A DNA stretch of 64,000 bases from an uncultured Candidatus Entotheonella sp. (GTDB lineage Bacteria > Tectomicrobia > Entotheonellia > Entotheonellales > Entotheonellaceae). Made by a program: the position numbers and the translations under genes. Below, in pieces: positions 12,923 through 23,919 of the stretch. The notes under the pieces were generated by a model. That model saw only the letters and a program-made list of their open reading frames with translations. It was not told the DNA's origin and did not search any database. Position 1 is the first letter of the stretch. Every line of letters starts with the position of its first letter. Location of the stretch: the NCBI GenBank assembly GCA_965217185.1, contig OZ244252.1, positions 3,072,001 to 3,136,000 of the forward strand, in the 5' to 3' direction.

Positions 12923-13669
12923 CTAGGGGTGTTTCAACTGGCGGTCATAGAGGGCCAGGAGGCGTTCCCAGTGGCGTTCGGCGGCGGGTTTGTCGTAGCA
13001 CCAGCGCTTAGGAAAGGCGAAGCCGTGATGCACCTTGGGGTAGATTTCCAGCTCGCCGGCGATACCCGAGGCGACGAACAGGCGGCGCAATTCCTCAACC
13101 ATATCGGGCGGCGCCAGGTCATCGTGCTCGGCACAGGCGATGTACAACTCCCCGCCCACGCGGCCCAGCGACAAATGCGGGCTCTCCTCGACGTCATTCA
13201 CCAGCCAGGTGCCGTAAAACGACGCGGCCGCGGTCACCCGCTCGGGATAGCGCGCCGCGGCCGCCAGGGCGTACGGTCCGCTCATGCAGTAGCCGTGGCA
13301 GCCGACCGGGCCGTCGGCAACGGAATCCAGCCCGGCCACGTAATCCAGCATCGCCGCGACGTCCTGCATCACTGGCGGGATGGTCATGCGGGTGCGAATG
13401 GCGCGCATGCGGGTATGCTCGGCGCTTCCCTTCTCCAGCACGTCGGGGCCGAAGACGCTGTCGCGTCCGGCGCGGTAATACAGGTTGGGCAGCAGCACCA
13501 CGTAGCCGACCGTCGTCAGCCGCCGCGCCATGTCGCGCAGCTCCTCCCGAATGCCGGGAGCGTCCATCAGGAAGAACACCGCCGGGTGCGGGCCGCCGCG
13601 CTCCGGGCGGCAGACGAACGTCTCCATGGCACCGTCGGCGGTGGTTAGGTCCAGGGTCGTTTCGATCAT
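12923..13669 (-). CDS. Dienelactone hydrolase family protein
   Basis: GYCMSG nucleophile motif and HHGF; start MIETTLDL at 13669 overlaps the upstream stop. Confidence 0.9.
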   Translation of the reverse strand: MIETTLDLTTADGAMETFVCRPERGGPHPAVFFLMDAPGIREELRDMARRLTTVGYVVLLPNLYYRAGRDSVFGPDVLEKGSAEHTRMRAIRTRMTIPPVMQDVAAMLDYVAGLDSVADGPVGCHGYCMSGPYALAAAARYPERVTAAASFYGTWLVNDVEESPHLSLGRVGGELYIACAEHDDLAPPDMVEELRRLFVASGIAGELEIYPKVHHGFAFPKRWCYDKPAAERHWERLLALYDRQLKHP

Positions 13670-14997
13670 CGTACAGCCTCCGTCATCGTGTAGCGGTTGG
13701 CGGGAATCGGCAGGCCCAAGTTGCCGTGCAGCGTGTCGGCCTCGTACTCGGTGCGGAACAGCCCGCGCTTTTGCAAAATCGGCAGGACGTGCTCGATAAA
13801 GTCGATCAGGGCGTCCGGCAGCACCGCGCCGGTGAGCATGAAGCCGTCCGCCGCGCCTGCCTCGAACCACGTCTGCATGGTGTCGGCAATATACTCCGGC
13901 GTGCCGATAAAGGCGTGCTTGGTAGTTGCAGAGCGCAGCGCCATCTGTCGCAGCGTCAGGTGCTCGGCACGCGCCAATTCCTTAATCCGATCCGTCGTGC
14001 TCTCCCAGCCGTTGCGGCCAAAATCGCCGAGGTCCGGGAACGGCGCATCCAGGTCGTACTGTGTGAAGTCGATGTCATTGAAATAACGGCCCAGGTAGTT
14101 CAGGGCGTCCTCGATGCTCACCAGATTGGCGATCTCCTCGTACTTGGCCTCTGCCTCCGCCGTGGTGCTGCCGACGATCGGCCCGCAGCCGGGCAGGATC
14201 ATAATTTCCTCCGGCGCTCTGCCGAAGCGCGCCGCCCGCTGCCTCACGTCCTGGCAGAACCGCACGCCTTCTTCCAGCGACGCCCCTCCGGTAAACACCG
14301 CGTCCGCGTGGCGCGCCGCAAAATTCTTGCCCGCCTCCGACGACCCCGCCTGGATCAAGACCGGGCGCCCCTGCGGGCAACGCGAAATGTTCAGCGGCCC
14401 CTGAACCGAATAAAACTCGCCCCGGTAATTCAGCCGGTGCATCTTGTCGGCGTCGATGAACCGCCCGCTCGCCTTGTCGCGCACGAAGGCATCGTCTTCC
14501 CACGAATCCCACAGGCCCTTGGCGACCTCCAGGTACTCATCCGCCATGCGGTAGCGCAGGTCGTGCTCCGGGTGCTCCGGACGGCTGTAGTTCAGCGCCG
14601 AGCCCTCCAGCGGCGAGGTCACGATGTTCCAGCCCGCCCGGCCTTTGCTGATGTGATCGATGGAGGCGAACTGCCGCGCCACCGTGTACGGGTCGCTATA
14701 GGTCGTCGACAGCGTGGCGGCCAGGCCGATGTGGGTCGTCTCCATGGCCAGCGCCGCCAGCAGCGTCAAGGGCTCGAAGCGGTTGAGGAAATTGGGGTGC
14801 GACTTCTCGCTGATGTACAGCCCGTCGCCGAAAAACGCGAAATCCAGCTTGGCCGCCTCGGCCCGCTTGGTCAGCCAGCGGTAGTAATCCAGGTTGATGG
14901 CGGCGTCGGCGACGGCGTTCGGGTGTCTCCAGGACGCCATGTTGCCGCCGGTGCCGGCAAGAAAGGCGCCAAAGCGCAGCATGCGTTGCGTCGTCAT
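13666..14997 (-). CDS. LLM-class flavin-dependent monooxygenase, NtaA/SnaA/DszA (CmoJ/YtnJ-like) family
   Basis: [40 protein letters not shown] motifs. Confidence 0.92.
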   Translation of the reverse strand: MTTQRMLRFGAFLAGTGGNMASWRHPNAVADAAINLDYYRWLTKRAEAAKLDFAFFGDGLYISEKSHPNFLNRFEPLTLLAALAMETTHIGLAATLSTTYSDPYTVARQFASIDHISKGRAGWNIVTSPLEGSALNYSRPEHPEHDLRYRMADEYLEVAKGLWDSWEDDAFVRDKASGRFIDADKMHRLNYRGEFYSVQGPLNISRCPQGRPVLIQAGSSEAGKNFAARHADAVFTGGASLEEGVRFCQDVRQRAARFGRAPEEIMILPGCGPIVGSTTAEAEAKYEEIANLVSIEDALNYLGRYFNDIDFTQYDLDAPFPDLGDFGRNGWESTTDRIKELARAEHLTLRQMALRSATTKHAFIGTPEYIADTMQTWFEAGAADGFMLTGAVLPDALIDFIEHVLPILQKRGLFRTEYEADTLHGNLGLPIPANRYTMTEAVR

Positions 14998-15028
14998 CGC
15001 GACAATCCTCCCATGGCTTGGCGCCGCC

Positions 15029-16045
15029 TCACACCGGCGCGGCGCAGGTAAACAGGTCACTGAGCAGGGCGTAGGAATGGAGCCGTTTGCGAAAGTCCTT
15101 GATTGCCGTGATGACCATGATCTCGTCGGCCTGATATTCCCCTTGCAGGTCGGCAAGCTGCTGGCGCACGGTGTCCGGCGAGCCGTGGATGACCCGCGCC
15201 TGCTGCACGTCGAGCGTGTAAGCCTCGCCCGCCTGGCGGCCGAACTCTTCGGCGCCCTCCAGGTTACCCACGGTCAGCGTGCGCCCGCTCTCCAGACGGA
15301 TGCGCACCACGCGAACCTCGGCGGCGTGGGCGCGGGCTTCGTCGTCGGTATCGGCGACGATCACCGGCAGCGCCAGTATCACCTGGGGGCAGGCGGCGTT
15401 GACAGCGGCGAAGCGCTCCCGATACGTCGCCACGGCTTCCCGCATCATGGCGTCGTCGCTGTTCAGGAAATAAGCAAAGACGTACGGGATGGCCATGTCG
15501 GCGGCCAGTTCGGCGCTGGCCGGGCTGGTGCCGAGCAGAAACAATTCGGCGGGCTGCGACGGCAGCGGCGAGGCGCGCAGGCCGTGCAGCGGATGATCCT
15601 CTGTCACCCGGTCGTGCAGCAGTTGCTCCAGTTCGACGAGCTTTTCCGTCAGCGGCCGGCTTACCTGGCCGTCTCCCTGCTGCAGGGCGCGGGTGGATTG
15701 CGGCATGCCCCCGGGCCCGCGCCCGATGCCCAGGTCCACCCGGCCCGGCGCCAGCGACGCCAGCACGTTGAAATTCTCGACCACCTTGTAGGGACTGTAA
15801 TGCTGCAGCATGACGCCGCCCGATCCCACCCGGATGCGCTCGGTCTTGGCCAGCAGATGCGAAATCAGCACCTCCGGGGACGAGCCGACCACGCGGTCGG
15901 AACCGTGGTGCTCGGAGACCCAGAAGCGATGATAGCCCCATTCCTCCGCCTTCTGGGCGAGCTCGATGGTGCGCTGGAAGGCTTGCGCCGCGGTTTCCGA
16001 ATCGTACAGCGGGCTCAGGTCGAGAATGCTCAACTTCAGGGTCAC
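15029..16045 (-). CDS. LLM-class luciferase-like oxidoreductase (CmoO/YtmO/MsnO8-like)
   Basis: [42 protein letters not shown] start at 16045. Confidence 0.9.
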   Translation of the reverse strand: MTLKLSILDLSPLYDSETAAQAFQRTIELAQKAEEWGYHRFWVSEHHGSDRVVGSSPEVLISHLLAKTERIRVGSGGVMLQHYSPYKVVENFNVLASLAPGRVDLGIGRGPGGMPQSTRALQQGDGQVSRPLTEKLVELEQLLHDRVTEDHPLHGLRASPLPSQPAELFLLGTSPASAELAADMAIPYVFAYFLNSDDAMMREAVATYRERFAAVNAACPQVILALPVIVADTDDEARAHAAEVRVVRIRLESGRTLTVGNLEGAEEFGRQAGEAYTLDVQQARVIHGSPDTVRQQLADLQGEYQADEIMVITAIKDFRKRLHSYALLSDLFTCAAPV

Positions 16046-16070
16046 GGGATGTCCTTCGGAAACGAGGCGG

Positions 16071-16958
16071 TCAGATGGCGGGCGGCGGCACAACCACCCG
16101 CTCGTACGGGTGCCGGGGACCGCTGCGGCCGCCGTGCGCAAAGGCGTCGAGGGCCGCTTCGTACAGGGCCGGCTCGATGGAGATGTCGCCGGACCAGGCA
16201 TCAAGCTGCTGGTATCTGCGGATGGCCTCGGCGACGGCCTCCACCGCCATGTCCGGGAAGAAATCGGCCTCGGCCCGCGCCACCTCCGCCGGGTCCGCGG
16301 TGTGCACCCATCGACGGGCCGCCGTGTAAGCCGCGGTAAAACGCCGGGCGTCGTCCGTGGCCAGCCAGTCGGGCCGTGCCACCAAGCTGCTGAAGGCGAT
16401 GGGGCCGACTGCCTCGCCCACCGACGCCACCACGTGTGCGACGCCCTCGTGGGCGAGCTGCTGCGGGTAAGCGCCCTGTTCGTGGAAGTAATCCCCCTCG
16501 CCGTTGCGGAAGGCGTCCATCATCTCCGGCGTCGTCGGCTTGCTGATGTCCGGCACGTCGCTCAGGTCGACGCCCATCTTGTGCAGGCCGTAACGCAGCA
16601 TGATTTCGGGCTGGCCGCCGTGCACGTATAGGAATCGCCCCTTGTGCAGCTTGTCCCAGGTAAACGACGGGTCCGGCTGGCGCGACGCAATGAAAAAGCC
16701 GTCGCAGCGGTTGATCTGCGCGAAGTGCACCACCGGCGGTTCCTCGCCGCGGTCCAGCGGCGCCCATGACGACGCCACCGCCGCCTGTCCCACGTCCACC
16801 CGACCGGCACCCACCTCGGCGGGTGTGCCGGAGCCTTTGGGCACCACGGCGTACGTGCCGGTCAGCCCCTCCTTCTCCAGAAAGCCCCCGGCAATGGTGG
16901 CAATCAGCGGACTGTAAAAGGCAGAATGACGGGACACCATGAGGCGGATTTCAGACAT
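16071..16958 (-). CDS. ABC transporter substrate-binding protein, NMT1/THI5/TauA-like
   Basis: N-terminal HSAFYSPL..A..GFLEKEGL pattern; first gene of the operon with the LLM genes. Confidence 0.75.
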   Translation of the reverse strand: MSEIRLMVSRHSAFYSPLIATIAGGFLEKEGLTGTYAVVPKGSGTPAEVGAGRVDVGQAAVASSWAPLDRGEEPPVVHFAQINRCDGFFIASRQPDPSFTWDKLHKGRFLYVHGGQPEIMLRYGLHKMGVDLSDVPDISKPTTPEMMDAFRNGEGDYFHEQGAYPQQLAHEGVAHVVASVGEAVGPIAFSSLVARPDWLATDDARRFTAAYTAARRWVHTADPAEVARAEADFFPDMAVEAVAEAIRRYQQLDAWSGDISIEPALYEAALDAFAHGGRSGPRHPYERVVVPPPAI

Positions 16959-17197
16959 ACGGCAAAGCCCTTTTGCGGAGATTTTATGCGGGATTCGAAG
17001 TTTGAAATACTAGCATGAAACCAGGGGCTGGGTCCAAGCAGCACACGCTGGGGCATGCCCCAGCTTAAGATGCAAGAACGGGTACAAATCCGTAACATCC
17101 TTATTCAACCATTCAACTGGGAACGCGGTTTACGTTAAGGTATCCAGCGAAGGAGAGCTAGTCGTCCAACAGCTTTGAATTGGATGAGAGACAAGAA

Positions 17198-17271
17198 CCG
17201 TCATTCCCGCGAGGACGGGAATTCACTGATGCCGCAAAACCCTTGGACTCCCGCCTTCGCGGGAGTGGCGG
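17198..17271. repeat. REP-like dyad (GTCATTCCCGCG family)
   Basis: ccgtcattcccgcgaggacgggaattc ... ggactcccgccttcgcgggagtggcgg. Confidence 0.75.
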
Positions 17272-17384
17272 ATCGGCTACCCGTCATCTCAATGATTTTG
17301 GTCCACTAGAGCATTTCCGTATCTGATTGCATCAGGAAGATATCCGCCGGCCCATACTCCCCTTGGCCCCTCTACGGCCCACGC

Positions 17385-18323
17385 TCAATTGGCTTGCTCC
17401 GTGTCTCGTTTCGCGCCGAAGGAGCCGGTGAAATTGTCGGTATCAAAGACGCCGTAAGCCTCGCTGTGATTGGCGCCGTGGAAATTCCCTTCCACGTAAT
17501 CATCGCCGGCGTCCACGTACTCGAAACGGCCCTTAACAAGAGGCAAATTCGTCCATGTAGGTTTACCGATTGGATTACCGGCAACGTCGTCGATCCCGAC
17601 ACTGACGGTGGGCTGTGCCAAATCCGGAATTGTCAGGGTTGCAATCCCCTCCTGCCGCCTGAAGGTACGGAGCGCGACGACTTCGGCAATGCCGGTCCAG
17701 GTTGCGCCTCCCGTACCGCCGGGGTTCGTGCCAGAAACGTCGCCGAACGCGAAGGGTATGGCCATCTTCATGTTGCCGCTGAACGGGATAGAAGCAGTTC
17801 GGGCGGAGAAGGGGCCGTCGGCAAGGACTAAGCCCGCCATGCCGTGCTCGCCCCAAAACCCGTAGCCCAACGCATCCGGGATTTCGTCAATCGTGATGTC
17901 AGTAAGAAGCATCCCAAGGTCCAGGGCGCCCAGGTCTCCCTCGATAAATGCGGCGTCGAATCCATCCTCACGCGACTGGAGATTGGCTTCGTTTACAGAG
18001 ATATCGATGTTCGGGTCAATGAGGCCAGTGAGAATGGTGGCTGCTAGGTTAAGCTTCACACCCACCCCGGCGCATGTATCCATGCTACAGGAGATGTCCG
18101 GAAAGCTTGCCGTGGTCTTTTCACCCAGGACGGAATAACTCATGTGAACATTGGGCACAAGCAAGATGTCAGTTCGTTCCACAATTCCTTCAAGCCGCAT
18201 CACTCTCGAGTCTGACGCCAACTGCATGATTTCATCATCTGGCATTGCAACACCATTGTCCCCTCCTTCCCCGCCACACCCGGCAAGCAATAGCAGCAAT
18301 GTCACAACAATCAGTCGCTTCAT
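17385..18323 (-). CDS. Lipoprotein with C-terminal TbpB/HupA-like beta-barrel
   Basis: MKRLIVVTLLLLLAGC lipobox after RBS aaggag; C-terminal GNFHGANHSEAYGVF..GSFGAKR. Confidence 0.75.
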   Translation of the reverse strand: MKRLIVVTLLLLLAGCGGEGGDNGVAMPDDEIMQLASDSRVMRLEGIVERTDILLVPNVHMSYSVLGEKTTASFPDISCSMDTCAGVGVKLNLAATILTGLIDPNIDISVNEANLQSREDGFDAAFIEGDLGALDLGMLLTDITIDEIPDALGYGFWGEHGMAGLVLADGPFSARTASIPFSGNMKMAIPFAFGDVSGTNPGGTGGATWTGIAEVVALRTFRRQEGIATLTIPDLAQPTVSVGIDDVAGNPIGKPTWTNLPLVKGRFEYVDAGDDYVEGNFHGANHSEAYGVFDTDNFTGSFGAKRDTEQAN

Positions 18324-18877
18324 GTTGGTCTCCTTAAATTGTACGGTTTCGTCCCTGTTGGCGAAGATCGTGCCTTGCCTCGCAACAATTTTAGCAGAAG
18401 TGTCCTGACGCGCTTCTCGGCACGGTCCATGGGGTGTCTTTTTGCAGTCCGCTCCGGTACAGGCGGCGTCCTGGAACACGTCCATCTCGTTCGGAAATGC
18501 GTCGCCGATGGCCAGGGAACGTTCGAGAAGATGTGTTGACGGCGCTGGCTACCACTCCGCTGCTGACCTATGTTGCGAGGCATTATACTGGCTGCCGGAA
18601 GTCACCTCGTCAAACGGCTTTCAATGCGGCACCGGCACGCCTGCTAGGACGCCGGTTTCCCTCTCTCCCCAGCCCCTGGGTCGAGTCCAGCGCAGGCTCT
18701 GTCCCGACAGGGGGGAGGGAGCGAAGGGTACAAACCCGCAACATCCTTTGCCTATACCCATTAAGTCGGGAACATGGTTTGCGTTTAAGGTATCCGGCGA
18801 AGGAACCTGTGTATGCACGACGGCATTAGCCGATCCACCGACTGAAGCGAGACCTACCCACTCAGGAAACGCGCCGC

Positions 18878-19324
18878 ATGGTCAGGCAGGGCGTTGCATG
18901 TACAAGGAAATCCAATCCCCTCGAATCTTCCCCTAATTTCCGCGTGGCGACACGAAACGCCCGCGGCCTCCTACGACGACTCGTTGAGACACCGGCTTAC
19001 CACCGGTTTATTTCTCAAGCCGACGAGGACCAAGCATCCCTTTGGCTCCATACCCACCAACCCCAACATTCTCTCGTTGCCGAACCGGCCGATAAGCCCA
19101 CAAGCGAACCACACGATCAGGAAATTGTCTCATTCCTACGCAGCCGACTCGAAGAAGCCGGCTTTTCCACGGACAATTCCTTCTCCCTGATCATGACCAC
19201 CCATGAAGGTAAGACTTATCTCGCTGGCTGGACCAAGGACCGATGGGACAAAGCTGCCACTGACGAAAATTCAAGAACCCTCACCCGTTGGAGATCGCAT
19301 CCATGGTTTGGTCAATGCCCTTGA
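18878..19324 (+). CDS. Hypothetical protein (true start uncertain)
   Basis: 148-aa ORF with plausible composition; no motif recognised. Confidence 0.3.
   Translation: MVRQGVACTRKSNPLESSPNFRVATRNARGLLRRLVETPAYHRFISQADEDQASLWLHTHQPQHSLVAEPADKPTSEPHDQEIVSFLRSRLEEAGFSTDNSFSLIMTTHEGKTYLAGWTKDRWDKAATDENSRTLTRWRSHPWFGQCP
18893..18905 (+). other. Candidate attL core
   Basis: 12/13 match to 63544-63556; followed by ggaaatccaatcccctcgaatcttcccc. Confidence 0.55.
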
Positions 19325-19496
19325 ATAAGGGCGGACGCCACTGGATTTTCAAGCAGTCCGGCCTTGCTGAGTGTAAAATGCAGGATGTCGGCTGCCGACA
19401 GGCCAGCATTTTGGGGGACCAGCCAGAAACGGGTGCATTCTTGGTCTTCGGGCGAAAAAAGGGCCTCCGAGGTAGGTCCCAAGGAGGCCGCCTCCA

Positions 19497-19525
19497 GGTT
19501 CTGATAACCCTGCGTTATGTCAACT
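19497..19525 (+). other. dif-like XerC/XerD site A
   Basis: GGTTCTGATAA-CCCTGCG-TTATGTCAACT; compare E. coli dif GGTGCGCATAA-N6-TTATGTTAAAT. Confidence 0.65.
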
Positions 19526-19793
19526 TTCCGAAAACCTGCCGTATCTGCTCAACCGCGTCCTCGACTACCCTCTCCCGTTCAACACCAAGCTTCAGACGGA
19601 TGGGAATGTATTTGTAATTGCCCGACTTCGATACATCCACATCCTCAAATAGGCGTTCAAGCTTATCAAAATTTCTGCACGAGTTTTGGTTGACCTGTAA
19701 CCACAACGGTGTGATGCCGCCCGATCTGCGCCACACACGGAATAAGAGAGCCACCGAAACGACAACTTGTTGACCATCTCCGCTATCACGCAT
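19515..19793 (-). CDS. Small hypothetical protein or gene remnant; stop codon lies in the XerD arm of site A
   Basis: ORF track; TAA at 19515-19517. Confidence 0.35.
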   Translation of the reverse strand: MRDSGDGQQVVVSVALLFRVWRRSGGITPLWLQVNQNSCRNFDKLERLFEDVDVSKSGNYKYIPIRLKLGVERERVVEDAVEQIRQVFGKLT

Positions 19794-19855
19794 CAGAGAA
19801 CGAGAGAAACTGGGGTATTCGTAGCTACTTGCAGCGTGACCCCTATCTGTAGCGA

Positions 19856-19993
19856 CTTGAGAACATCCGGCGTTGTGCTTGAGAACATCGCCGTTTTCGG
19901 CTCAGATTATTTGAGAACGAAACGGCCTCTCGGCTCACATTATCTGAGAATGAGCGCACATTAGTTGAGACGGGCTCACCTTGTTGAGAATGA
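19856..19993. repeat. Iteron- or res-like repeat array (TTGAGAA; CTCA-N6/7-TGAG dyads)
   Basis: cttgagaacatc twice at 22-bp spacing; tcggctca(g/c)attat(t/c)tgagaa twice at 33-bp spacing; two further degenerate copies. Confidence 0.65.
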
Positions 19994-20597
19994 CGCCGGG
20001 TGTCCACCTGGTGCCGCTTGATCTGTTGTCTCCCTCCGAGCCGCACAGGCTCCTTCTGGCAGGAAAACGGACGTTTTGCCTGCGGCTGCGGCTGACGCCG
20101 TGTACCCGGACGATCCTCGCAAGAAAACCTGTTGCGCAAAACTCTGCAAGTTTCTGAATGCGGCCCTGTCTATTCTGACGGGGGCCGGCCCTATGAGGTC
20201 ATCATCAGGACGACCGTAGCCACCAGAGACGGCTCGTAGAGGATCGTGCAACCCCTGGTCTGGCAGGTTCCAATTTCATTCTCATGAGCGTGGGTCTGTC
20301 GCAGATAATCTGGGCCCATTCGCATTTAATTCGGGCCGGACTGAAAATATAGTCAGTTAATGTGGGCCAGAAATCGCGATGATCTCGGGCCTGGCTTCCG
20401 ATGTTACTCAAGTCGCTACACATGAGATGCGACTTTCAGGTCGCAACCACACTTTTTTGCACTCCCCTTATTGCCTCGCAGGTATCCGGCCGGAGCTTCG
20501 AGACGGACTGAATCATGGGGGTGTTCCCGTTGGCTAAGGGGAACGCGGCGGCGTGCCGGGCGAGCGGGGCCGCGCGCTCCCGTGTTCGTGGTGATGA

Positions 20598-20873
20598 TTA
20601 CAGGCTGTCTTTGAGGGAAGGCGTCGGCTTGAAGGCAATGGTCTTGCTGGCTTTGATCTTGATGATGGCCCCGGTTTGCGGATTGCGTCCTTTCCGTGCC
20701 GCTCGTTCTCGCAATGTGAAGGTGCCAAAGCCTGGGTACGCGAAGCGCTTCTCTTTGCAGACGGCCTGGCCGATGGCGTTGAAGGTCGCCTCCAGTAGCG
20801 TTTCGGTGTCCTTCTTGCTGAGGCTGACCCCTGAGGAGCTGGTGACTTGGTCGATGAGGTCTTTCTTGGTCAT
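20598..20873 (-). CDS. hup: HU family DNA-binding protein
   Basis: MTKKDLID..GFGTF..RAARKGRNPQTG..FKP..LKD signature. Confidence 0.95.
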   Translation of the reverse strand: MTKKDLIDQVTSSSGVSLSKKDTETLLEATFNAIGQAVCKEKRFAYPGFGTFTLRERAARKGRNPQTGAIIKIKASKTIAFKPTPSLKDSL

Positions 20874-22998
20874 GTCATCTCCTTTGTGAGTCGAGGGATA
20901 TCTGGAAGACGAGGGTAGACAGGAACATGGGAATATACAACCAGGCGGCCTGAATGGAGTCAGGCGTGGTGGGGAGTGCCAAAAAACGGGGGACACTCAA
21001 GGGACGTGCAGTTAAGTTTCAGGTGTCCTGTCCCAGACAGCTTTAGTCTTGGGTGCCACGGCTCAATTTCCTCTCCCCACACGAATCCGCAATCGCCTAC
21101 ACTTTTTGGCGCTTCCCACAACAGGGTTACTCAAGCCGCTACAGGTATAGAGACCTATTTTTGAGCATGGGGGATGATGTACCGGATTTTTGCCGGTATT
21201 CTCATTTTCGACGTATCGCCGACCTCGGCGAGTGCGTCCAGTTACCACAAGACGACCTCCGTCATCGTGTTCGGGTTTTCAGCAGGTCGGCATCACCAAT
21301 CACCACAGCCAAGATTGAAGGCTCCACAAATGCAAAGGCGGTATTCAATCTATGCGCACCGTCGAGGCGCTCATATCCGTGTAGCCCCACCTTTAGCAGC
21401 AGGATGGGCAGGTAACGGTATTTTGTCTGCCAGCCCGCCCGGACGACGGCCAGTTTCGGGGAACGCAAGAATTTGAGAAGCGGGGCGTCCAGGTCTCTCA
21501 GTAGGACGCGCTGCGCTGGCAAGCGTTCAAGAACCGCCCTCCATCCCCTCGCAAATAATTCCCCGCCGTGCTGATTCATGGAACACTTCCGAACGCGGCG
21601 GCGCTCGTCGGCAGTCGGAATGTCACCAGCTTCCCACCCCTCGATTGTGCGTTCAAGGTCGGCCCATGGTCGCATAACAGGTTGCCCTCCTCGATGCGGC
21701 AATCACCCTGCCGTCAGCACTCGGCGCTGCAATCGCTTCCGCACAGGATGTTGCGCCGCTATACTGTGGCGTCCTCGGCAAGTCTCGAATTTTGACGACT
21801 CGAACCTTCATTGCTTCACCTTCTCATTGCGTCCTGCATCTCAATCGGTATCACCAATCGGCAGCCAGCACACCTTAATCTCCGTCTCCCCAAACTCTCG
21901 TGCCAGCAAGAGCCGCGCATGACCTTCAAGGGGTCGTTTGCGGGAGAGGGCGATTTAATACCCTAAGCGCAAGGATACGCTTTCCGTGCCCGCGCAGCTT
22001 GCTTCTCAGTCCAACATGGCGGTAAAGAGAGAGCACCAAAAACTGTGGGGTGTATCTCATGCTGCAAGTCCGGACGCGAACCTTTGACGGTACGCTGCGG
22101 GGAAGCTCGAGCGGTGGTATCCGGCTGAAGGCCGGGGCCAGATCGGTTGAAGCTGAACCGTGCGCTGCCTGATTGCCCCACACTTTTTGGTGCTTCCTTG
22201 ACTGGGCAGACGTTGGCGGCAAGACACCGTTATTGCGAGTGTTCGACATCAAGAAGCACGCGGGCGAGCAGGGAAGCGCAGTTGCAAGAGCTGGCGTTGT
22301 GTCATAACCAGTTGGTGAGATATGCGGCCGAACTCACGATGCGGCTTGATACGCTGACACGGGCGCACAACGCGGAAGTGGATCGGAGGCACGGCAGTAA
22401 CAGGCGGAAAATGTAAGGGGGAAGTGATGGCAGAAGACAAGGAAGTGACGCGGGCTGACTTGGAAGGTTTGCTGTGGAAGTGGATCAAGGACAAGTCGCA
22501 CGGGGGTCAAGAGGAAACCAGAGACATTGCACGCTTGCTGCACGACTCAATCACGGCAAGAGAACAGGATGCGCGCAGCAGCTAGGCCGCTTATGGGAAC
22601 CCATCGCGCCGGCCGTTTGAGCCACCACCCTCAAAGTGGTCCATCCCGACCTTGTGGGATAAGCAAGTTATGCCTTGCCCGCGATGTTGGGCCGCTGGGT
22701 CCAAGAAAGTCTCGGCTTGGAAACTTGCCCATCGAATCAGTGGGGTTAGACGGCGTAGCCTGGAGCCCAGCTTCACGCACTTCCCGTTTAACTGGACCGG
22801 CGATGGCGGAGGCGCCTCAGGCACAGAGGGGGGTAGGCATTCGGGTTCCGAGACCGTCAGAGTGCCGCCTACCCGCATCGGACCCTCTCACAAAACGACC
22901 GTTTACTTGCGTCCTCAAGGCAATCGCATTCCAACTTCCCCCAGGCCCTGACCGTCGAGGGACTATCGAGGTCTGAAGGTAGATTCCGACCCTGGAGA

Positions 22999-23265
22999 TC
23001 AAATCATTCGTGTCGCGATCACGAGCCCGGCAAGAAGCACCAGGAGGAAAACGAGGGCGATCAGCCTGGGCCATTCCTTCCGGACAAAACGTTTGACCGC
23101 GGCGTAGACGCCCTTGTTGACGGCTTGCTGAAAATTCTTGGGCAACTTCCGGTAACGGACGGCCAGCCTCCACGCGCCGCGCAACCCTATGAACAGAGCC
23201 GTAACCCCGGCGCACAGCAGCACCAGTTGGTACAGACGTAACAGGTCGGTTTCGGCAAGATTCAT
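22999..23265 (-). CDS. Small membrane protein
   Basis: Two hydrophobic segments; start overlaps the stop of the YkvA-like gene. Confidence 0.5.
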   Translation of the reverse strand: MNLAETDLLRLYQLVLLCAGVTALFIGLRGAWRLAVRYRKLPKNFQQAVNKGVYAAVKRFVRKEWPRLIALVFLLVLLAGLVIATRMI

Positions 23266-23711
23266 AGCAGCTTGAGGACCAGAACGATACCCGCAATCGC
23301 GATGGCGCCGAGTACGGAGGCCCATATCATTCTGTAGTGCTTCCTGATTTCCACTTCGGCTCTGGCCTCGGCGGTTTGCGACAGAACGTCAACGGCGTAG
23401 TTCTTCAGCGGGCCGGCCAGCACGCGGGCCACAAAGAGAATAACCGCCACGTCATCGAGCAGGCCGCCTACCGGTATGACATCCGGCACTGCGTCCAGGG
23501 GTGAAACCAGGTAGAGCAGAGAACCCGCGGCCATTGCCTTCCGGCTCCAGGCGACCTCCGGATCCCTGATGAACTGCCACAGTTGCTGCACCTTGCCCCA
23601 TATTGCTTGGACCGGCCCTCTGTTCATGGCGCCGAGTTTCTTGCCGATTTCCAGAACGTCCCTCGAAGAGGCCCGCCGGGCAAACTTCCTCAGCAGTTCC
23701 ATTTTTCCCAT
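23262..23711 (-). CDS. YkvA/DUF1232 family protein
   Basis: LLYLVSPLDAVPDVIPVGGLLDD signature. Confidence 0.88.
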   Translation of the reverse strand: MGKMELLRKFARRASSRDVLEIGKKLGAMNRGPVQAIWGKVQQLWQFIRDPEVAWSRKAMAAGSLLYLVSPLDAVPDVIPVGGLLDDVAVILFVARVLAGPLKNYAVDVLSQTAEARAEVEIRKHYRMIWASVLGAIAIAGIVLVLKLL

Positions 23712-23919
23712 ACTGCTGCCTTCCTCTTCAGAATCGGCCTTTTGCCATCCAGGCATGGGCAAGCATCGGATATTGGAGTCGGTCGCATCCCGTCAGGGAC
23801 TCATTGGAACCGTCTTTTACACCCCAAGGTAGGCCTTTGAGTAGCAATGGAACAGAAAACTGTGTTAAGCCTTGCTGAGTTGCCGGCCGTCGTCTTTCGG
23901 TGAGCCAGTGTCGTCGGCG

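Larger units (their letters stand above)
17080..18804 (+). repeat. ~75-79-bp imperfect direct repeat (17080-17154 and 18726-18804) bracketing the lipoprotein gene
   Basis: gggtacaaa.ccg.aacatcctt...gggaac..ggttt.cgtt(t)aaggtatcc.gcgaagga in both copies. Confidence 0.75.

Noticed and set aside
18324..18440. Riboswitch upstream of the lipoprotein
   Set aside because: No recognisable aptamer consensus by eye.
19856..22197. CRISPR array
   Set aside because: Repeats are degenerate, irregularly spaced or inverted, and no cas genes are present.
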